Below are positions 40,500 through 45,217 of a stretch of 45,217 nucleotides of DNA, in pieces. Position numbers and translations under genes: made by a program. Source of the stretch: Opitutia bacterium UBA4654 (GTDB taxonomy: Bacteria; Bacteroidota; Bacteroidia; Bacteroidales; Bacteroidaceae); contig CAVKOT010000001.1 in the NCBI GenBank assembly GCA_963658045.1, forward strand, positions 1-45,217, read 5' to 3'. The notes beneath the pieces were generated by a model. It was not told the DNA's origin. It saw only the letters and a program-made list of their open reading frames with translations, and made no database searches. Every line of letters begins with the position of its first letter. Position 1 is the stretch's first letter.

Positions 40500-41665
40500 G
40501 ATACTATCTGATAGCAGGCGAGGCCAGTGGCGACCTGCACGCGAGCCACCTGATGGCCGAGCTCAGGGCACAGGACCCCCAGGCCGAGTTCCGTGGCATA
40601 GGGGGAGACCTGATGCAGGACGAGGGTGCCACACTGGTGCGCCACTACCGCGACCTGGCCTACATGGGCATCCTGCCGGTGCTCATGCACCTGGGCACCA
40701 TACTGGGGGGCATGAGGGAGTGCCGTGCCGACATCCTGCAATGGCATCCCGATGCGGTCATCCTGGTCGATTACCCAGGCTTCAACCTGCGCATGGCGAA
40801 ATTCGTCCATACACACACGCGCATACCTGTCATCTATTACATCTCGCCCAAGATATGGGCGTGGAAGGAGCACCGCATACATGACATACGCCGCTATGTG
40901 GATATGATGCTGAGCATCCTGCCCTTCGAGGTGGATTTCTATGAGCGCAGGCACCACTACCCCATCCACTATGTGGGCAATCCCACGGTGGACGAGGTGG
41001 ATGCCTACCTGCACGAGCACCCCGCTGACGAGGCCGCCTTCCGCCAGGACAACGGACTGGACGGCCGCCCCGTGATAGCCCTGCTGGCAGGCAGCCGCAG
41101 GCAGGAGATCAGCGGCAACCTGCCGCGCATGGTGAGTGCGGCACTGGGCATGGGCACGGACTACCAGATGGCCGTGGCTGCCGCGCCAGGCATCCCCGAT
41201 GACTTCTACCATGAGGTGCTGGCCAGCCAGTATCACCGACTGACCGCCGAGCGGAGGCTGACGGTGCTGCGTGACCAGACTTACCGACTGCTGCAGCACA
41301 GCACAGCGGCACTGGTGACCAGCGGGACGGCCACGCTGGAGACGGCCCTGCTGCGCGTGCCACAGGTGGTGTGCTACCACATGTGGGCGGGACGGCTGGC
41401 CTCGGTGGCCCGCAGGCTGGTGCTGAAGATTCCCTTCATCTCGCTGGTCAACCTGGTGGCGGGCGAGGAGGTGGTGCCCGAACTGGTGGCCGAACAGATG
41501 AACGTGCCCAACGTGGAGCGGCACCTGCGGGCCCTGCTGCCTGGCGGCCCCGCACGCGAGGCGCAGCTGGAGGGCTACCAGCGCATGGCGGAGAGGCTGG
41601 GCCAGCCCGGCGCACCCGCCCATGCCGCCGCGCTCATCATCCAGAGGCTGCGGGGAGAGGGATAA
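40496..41665 (+). CDS. lpxB: Lipid-A-disaccharide synthase
   Basis: The start is chosen at MRYYLIAGEASGDLHASHLM, with its ATG overlapping the surE stop (ATGA). It is 389 aa with a typical LpxB N-terminus and the SGTATLE motif. Confidence 0.93.
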   Translation: MRYYLIAGEASGDLHASHLMAELRAQDPQAEFRGIGGDLMQDEGATLVRHYRDLAYMGILPVLMHLGTILGGMRECRADILQWHPDAVILVDYPGFNLRMAKFVHTHTRIPVIYYISPKIWAWKEHRIHDIRRYVDMMLSILPFEVDFYERRHHYPIHYVGNPTVDEVDAYLHEHPADEAAFRQDNGLDGRPVIALLAGSRRQEISGNLPRMVSAALGMGTDYQMAVAAAPGIPDDFYHEVLASQYHRLTAERRLTVLRDQTYRLLQHSTAALVTSGTATLETALLRVPQVVCYHMWAGRLASVARRLVLKIPFISLVNLVAGEEVVPELVAEQMNVPNVERHLRALLPGGPAREAQLEGYQRMAERLGQPGAPAHAAALIIQRLRGEG

Positions 41666-42055
41666 TTTCGAATTAGGAATTTTGAATTAAGAATTGGCGA
41701 GCTGTCACTCTGGTGGCGGCTCGCTTTGTATGGGGGTGATGGGATGGAGGATAATTTTGAATTAAGAATTTTGAATTAAGAACTGGCGAGCTGTCACCAT
41801 GGTGGCGGCTCGCTTTGTATGGGGGTGATGGGATGGGGGATAATTTTGAATTAAGAATTTTGAATTAAGAACTGGCGAGCTGTCACTCTGGTGGCGGCTC
41901 GCTTTGTATGGGGGTGATGGGATGGAGGATAATTTTGAATTAAGAATTTTGAATTAAGAACTGGCGAGCTGTCACCATGGTGGCGGCTCGCTTTGTATGG
42001 GGGTGATGGGATGGGGGATAATTTTGAACCAGGAATTTTGAATTAAGAATTAACC
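41661..42055 (+). repeat. Tandem repeat, 89-bp unit x 4 plus a partial fifth (A-B-A-B variant order, i.e. a 178-bp higher-order unit)
   Basis: Units start at 41661, 41750, 41839, 41928 and 42017. Each contains GATAATTTTGAATTAAGAATTTTGAATTAAGAA, a 12-bp hairpin and TTTGTATGGGGGTGATGGGATGG. The first unit overlaps the lpxB stop codon. Confidence 0.9.
41697..41731 (+). terminator. Terminator-like hairpin within the 89-bp unit (repeated at 41786, 41875 and 41964)
   Basis: GCGAGCUGUCAC-[UCUG or CAUG]-GUGGCGGCUCGC is followed by UUUGUAU. The 12-bp stem has two G-U pairs that are valid only on the plus strand. The A/B variant differences fall in the loop. Confidence 0.6.
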
Positions 42056-42113
42056 CTCACAGACTTCTTACAACGGCTCTTGCCTCACAAGGAGGCAAGG
42101 CGCACTCACAAAC

Positions 42114-42198
42114 GCATGCCCCTGCATCGCCCTTTGCATGCCCCTGCGCAGACCATCGCATGCCGCTGCATGCGCCTATGCAGCGGCATGCGTTTTTT
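42114..42198 (+). terminator. Composite terminator: 3 direct GCATGCC(C/G)CTGC arms at a 22-bp period plus an inverted arm plus a T-run
   Basis: The arms start at 42114, 42136 and 42158. The inverted arm TGCAGCGGCATGCG is at 42179-42192, followed by TTTTTTC. Arm 3 (GCATGCCGCTGCA) and the inverted arm carry a compensatory C>G / G>C change relative to the other two loci. Confidence 0.75.
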
Positions 42199-42398
42199 CT
42201 GCCATCCACCCAGCCCACAAAAGATACGCAAGTTCATCGGTAATCAGTCCACCCTGGAGGGTTAAGTTGTCCCTGTTTCTGATAGCCGCAAAAAGGCACG
42301 CAAAGCCATTGGCAACCGCCCCTCGCCTCGGAGAGACGGGGGAAGTGGGCCGGCAGGAGAGGGAGACCCGGACCTGGGGAGGAAGTCCCGGCTGGGCA

Positions 42399-42436
42399 AG
42401 AAAAAAGGTGCTGCGAGACTCACGCCCCACAGCACC
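42399..42436 (-). terminator. Rho-independent terminator of the T9SS repeat-protein gene
   Basis: On the minus strand, GGTGCTG-(16 nt)-CAGCACC is followed by TTTTTTCTTG. It lies 27 nt downstream of the stop codon at 42463-42465. Confidence 0.6.
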
Positions 42437-42462
42437 CACTTGCACTACACTAAAAATTTGAC

Positions 42463-45217
42463 TTACTTTACCATAATTTTCTTAGTGCTTCCGTTAACAA
42501 ATCGTATGATGTAAACATTACCTTTCTCCACGCGGCTCACTCGCTTGCCCGAGAGGGTGTATATCTGACTGATGTTCTCAGCCCCCTCGATGCCCTCGAT
42601 GCCTGTGTCGATGTCCTTCTGTGCCTTGCGGGCGTCCTCCAGCATCTGGCTGATGGCAGCCTCGATGTCGGCCTTGGGAGCCAGCACAGCCTCCAGTTCA
42701 GCAGTCAGCGTGCCGTCGGCCTTCTTGGCCTCGATGCTCTCGCCCAGGGCGGCCACCTGTGCCTCGATAGCAGCCTTGGCCTCTGTCACCAGGGTAGAGT
42801 CCTTCACATCGGGGCAGAAGGTCTCGATGGCCTCCATGGCGGCCTCCAGTTTCTGGTTCAGTCCGGCCAGCACCTCGGTGGCCTGGGCGTAGGCAGCGTT
42901 CAGGGCCTGCTCGGTCTCAAACTTATCCTGGGCGGCCTTTGCGTCCTCTGCCAACTTGGCGATGGTCTCGTTGGCTGTAGCCACCAGGGCGGCGTTCTTC
43001 TCCTTGTCAGCCACAGAAGTGCCAGCGGCATAGGAAGCCTCAGCGGCATCCTTGGCAGCCTTCACAGCAGCCTCGGCAGCAGCCTGTGCCTCGGCCATAG
43101 CAGCCTTCACACTTTCATCGTACTCGGCCATGCCAGCCACGGCTGCGTCATAGGCGGCCTGGGCGGCCTCAACGGCCTTCACATCCTCAGCGTACTGGGC
43201 AGCATTGGCCTCGGCAGCGGCCTTGTCGGCCTCGAACTTATCCTGAGCGGCCTTAGCGTCCTCTGCCAATTTGGCGATGGTCTCGTTGGCTGTAGCCACC
43301 AGGGCGGCGTTCTTCTCCTTGTCGGCCACAGAAGTGCCAGCGGCATAGGAAGCCTCAGCGGCATCCTTGGCAGCCTTCACAGCAGCCTCGGCAGCAGCCT
43401 GTGCCTCGGCCATAGCAGCCTTCACACTCTCGTCGTACTCGGCCATGCCAGCCACGGCAGCATCATAGGCAGCCTGGGCGGCCTCAACAGCCTTCACGTC
43501 CTCGGCATACTGGGCAGCGTTGGCAGCCTCTGCGGCGATATTGTCATCAATCTCCTTCTGAGCCTTCTTGGCAGCCTCCACCATCTGGCTGATGGCAGCC
43601 TCGATGCCAGCCTTGGGAGCCAGCACAGTCTCAAGTTCTGCAGTCAGGGTACCGTCAGCCTTCTTGGCCTCGATACTCTTGCCGAGGTCGGCAATCTGAG
43701 CCTCGATGGCGGCCTTCGCGTCTGTCACGAGTGAAGAATCCTTCACAGCAGGACAGGTCTCGGCAATCTCTGCAACAGCCTTCTCCATAGTTCCGTTCAA
43801 TCCGGCCAGTGCCTCGGTAGCCTGGGCATAGGCAGCGTTGAGAGCCTGCTCGGTCTCAAAGTCGGCCTGGGCCTTCTTAGCAGCCTCCACCAGTTTGTTG
43901 ATGGCGGTATTGGCAGCAGCCACCAGGGTGGCGTTCTTCTCCTTGTCGGCCACTGAGGTGCCAGCGGCAAATGATGCCTCGGCAGACTCCTTGGCAGCCT
44001 TCACGGCAGCCTCGGCAGCAGCCTGGGCCTCGGCCATGGCAGCCTTCACACTCTCGTCGTACTCGGCCATGCCAGTCACGGCAGCCTCATAGGCAGCCTG
44101 AATGGTCTCGATGGCACCCATATCCTTATTATACTGTGCGGTGTTGGCTGCATCGCGGTCAGCCAGGAACTTATCCTGGGCAGCCTTTGCATCGGCAGCA
44201 ACCTTGGCGATTACCGTCTGAGCCTTCTCCACCAGGGCAGCGTTCTTGGCTGCATCAGCCACCGAAGTGCCAGCGGCAAACGAAGCCTCTATCTGCACCT
44301 TGGCCACATTGACCTCAGCCTGCGCGTTGGCGATGGCCGTCTGCATGGCACTGCTCACCGACTCGTCATACTCGGCAATAACAGCCGTGATAGAGTCGAG
44401 GGCTGCCTGAGCTGCGCTGAGAGCCTCCACGTCCTTGGCATTCTGGGCAGCGTTGGCCTCGGCGGCAGCCTTCTCGGCCAGGAACTTGTCCTGTGCGGCC
44501 TTTGCATCGGCGGCCAGTTTGGTAATGGCGGTGTTGGCCTCAGCCACCAGGGCAGCGTTGGCCTCGGCATCAGCCACCGAGGTGCCAGCCTTGAATGAGG
44601 TCTCCACAGCCTCCTGGGCAACCTTCACAGCAGTCTCAGCAGCCGTCTGCGCCTCGGCCATAGCAGCCTTCACGCTCTCGTCGTACTCGGCCATGCCAGC
44701 CACGGCTGTGTCATAGGCAGCCTGGGCTGCTTCAACAGCCTTCACGTCCTCGGCATACTGGGCAGCATTGGCAGCCTGTTGGTCAGCAATGAACTGCTCC
44801 TGTGCCTTCTGGGCGGTCTCTACCCAAGCGGTGATAGCAGCCACAATGTCGGCCTGGGGAGCCAGCACGGTCTCCAGGTCGGCAACCAGTGTGCCGTCAG
44901 CCTTCTTGGCCTCGATACTCTCGCCCAGGGCGGCTATCTGAGCCTCAATGGCAGCCTGGACATCCGTGACCACCGCGCTGTCCTTCACCGCAGGACAAGT
45001 CTCGGCAACCTTGGCAACAGCCTTGTCCATGTTGTCCCTCAAGACAGCCAGCACCTCAGTAGCCTGGGCATAGGCAGCACTCAGGGCCTGCTCGGACTCA
45101 TAGTCAGTCTGAGCCTTCCTGGCTGTCTCTACCATCGCGGTGATAGCAGCCTCGATATCGCCCTGGGGAGCAACCACATTATTATAATTGGAAGCCAGAG
45201 TCTCATCGTCATAAGCC
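42463..45217 (-). CDS. Alanine-rich modular surface protein with a T9SS-type C-terminal sorting tail (5' end outside the window)
   Basis: The ORF stays open to the window edge (the GTG at 45177 is internal, with no stop upstream). There are about 8 modules of ~105 aa in two types. The C-terminus IYTLSGKRVSRVEKGNVYIIRFVNGSTKKIMVK resembles Por/T9SS CTD terminal strands. Confidence 0.85.
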   Translation of the reverse strand, partial: AYDDETLASNYNNVVAPQGDIEAAITAMVETARKAQTDYESEQALSAAYAQATEVLAVLRDNMDKAVAKVAETCPAVKDSAVVTDVQAAIEAQIAALGESIEAKKADGTLVADLETVLAPQADIVAAITAWVETAQKAQEQFIADQQAANAAQYAEDVKAVEAAQAAYDTAVAGMAEYDESVKAAMAEAQTAAETAVKVAQEAVETSFKAGTSVADAEANAALVAEANTAITKLAADAKAAQDKFLAEKAAAEANAAQNAKDVEALSAAQAALDSITAVIAEYDESVSSAMQTAIANAQAEVNVAKVQIEASFAAGTSVADAAKNAALVEKAQTVIAKVAADAKAAQDKFLADRDAANTAQYNKDMGAIETIQAAYEAAVTGMAEYDESVKAAMAEAQAAAEAAVKAAKESAEASFAAGTSVADKEKNATLVAAANTAINKLVEAAKKAQADFETEQALNAAYAQATEALAGLNGTMEKAVAEIAETCPAVKDSSLVTDAKAAIEAQIADLGKSIEAKKADGTLTAELETVLAPKAGIEAAISQMVEAAKKAQKEIDDNIAAEAANAAQYAEDVKAVEAAQAAYDAAVAGMAEYDESVKAAMAEAQAAAEAAVKAAKDAAEASYAAGTSVADKEKNAALVATANETIAKLAEDAKAAQDKFEADKAAAEANAAQYAEDVKAVEAAQAAYDAAVAGMAEYDESVKAAMAEAQAAAEAAVKAAKDAAEASYAAGTSVADKEKNAALVATANETIAKLAEDAKAAQDKFETEQALNAAYAQATEVLAGLNQKLEAAMEAIETFCPDVKDSTLVTEAKAAIEAQVAALGESIEAKKADGTLTAELEAVLAPKADIEAAISQMLEDARKAQKDIDTGIEGIEGAENISQIYTLSGKRVSRVEKGNVYIIRFVNGSTKKIMVK
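42916..43545 (-). repeat. Tandem 315-bp (105-codon) intragenic duplication
   Basis: 42916-43209 and 43231-43524 encode an identical 98-aa block (ANAAQYAEDV...AAQDKFE). They differ at about 15 nucleotide positions. Confidence 0.9.

Noticed and set aside
39534-41623. Minus-strand ORFs 39534-40493 (319 aa) and 40166-41623 (485 aa).
   Set aside because: They are antisense to surE and lpxB and have shadow-ORF composition (His/Gly/Ala/Val/Gln-rich).
41661-42055. Possibility that the regularly spaced repeats after lpxB are a CRISPR array.
   Set aside because: The 89-bp units abut each other with no unique spacers. The unit is far longer than CRISPR repeats, and there are no cas genes in the window.
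42080-42461. ORFs 42080-42265, 42138-42461 (+) and 42176-42445 (-).
   Set aside because: They translate the three-arm terminator and the terminator of the surface-protein gene (MPLHRPLHAPA-type strings that also appear at the other two terminator loci). There is no coding signal.
43179-44716. Alternative-frame ORFs within the alanine-rich repeat gene (Pro/Arg/Trp-rich or Ser/Ala-rich).
   Set aside because: They are frame artefacts of GCN-rich repeats. Only the minus-strand frame is open across the entire 2.7 kb and ends in a sorting-tail-like sequence.
1-45217. A scan for rRNA, tRNA, tmRNA, RNase P or SRP RNA signatures, and for transposase or integrase genes.
   Set aside because: I recognised no conserved signature strings (for example a tRNA T-loop GGTTCGAATCC, the SRP GGAA-tetraloop domain, or RNase P GAGGAAAGTCC) and no DDE or tyrosine-recombinase-like ORFs. 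This by-eye scan is not exhaustive, and tRNAscan-SE plus Infernal should confirm it.

Overview
This is a chromosomal window from a Bacteroidota (Bacteroidales-like) genome. The evidence is TAnnTTTG -7 promoter boxes, a T9SS-type C-terminal sorting tail, CarboxypepD_reg-type outer-membrane barrels, DUF5683-parB-parA / surE-lpxB synteny, and no Shine-Dalgarno usage.

Most of the window is GC-rich (~57% in spot counts) housekeeping: xth, etfB-etfA-acyl-CoA dehydrogenase, rsmD, a RecD-like helicase, an ECF sigma operon, alaS, a merR-like gene, relA/spoT, mltD-like, parAB, surE and lpxB.

The accessory content is:
- **RiPP-type locus (2.8-10.5 kb).** It has a 71-aa double-glycine-leader precursor whose core carries three CNG[ST] repeats, a radical-SAM/SPASM maturase, a LuxR-type regulator, a dedicated outer-membrane beta-barrel, a C39-peptidase ABC exporter and a 58-codon HlyD-like stub. 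The precursor/maturase/regulator half is markedly AT-richer than the exporter half.
- **Accessory patch (24.9-28.2 kb).** It holds a DUF4143 AAA ATPase and a HEPN/MNT (HI0074/HI0073-type) pair.
- **Surface protein (42.5 kb to the window edge).** This is a more than 917-aa alanine-rich modular protein with a T9SS-like tail. Two of its 98-aa modules are identical in protein but differ at about 15 synonymous sites.

Several non-coding architectures recur and are not explained by the genes:
- (a) An (AGGTTnnn)n - spacer - (AACCTnnn)5 - ATG leader cassette lies directly upstream of two unrelated genes, xth and the acyl-CoA dehydrogenase.
- (b) Three copies of a composite terminator each carry three direct GCATGCCCCTGC arms at an exact 22-bp period, then an inverted arm and a T-run. 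One copy has a compensatory stem change.
- (c) An 89-bp x 4.4 tandem array follows lpxB. Each unit has a terminator-like hairpin and a TAATTTTG box.
- (d) A ~126-nt extended hairpin with a GCAA tetraloop and plus-strand-specific G-U pairs sits in the leader of a small HTH gene.
- (e) A region with alternative pairings lies upstream of the ECF sigma operon.
- (f) Two perfect DnaA boxes, 20 bp apart, lie between parA and surE.

I recognised no rRNA, tRNA, CRISPR array, transposase or integrase. Many long ORFs in the track are antisense shadow ORFs of GC-rich genes and were rejected.
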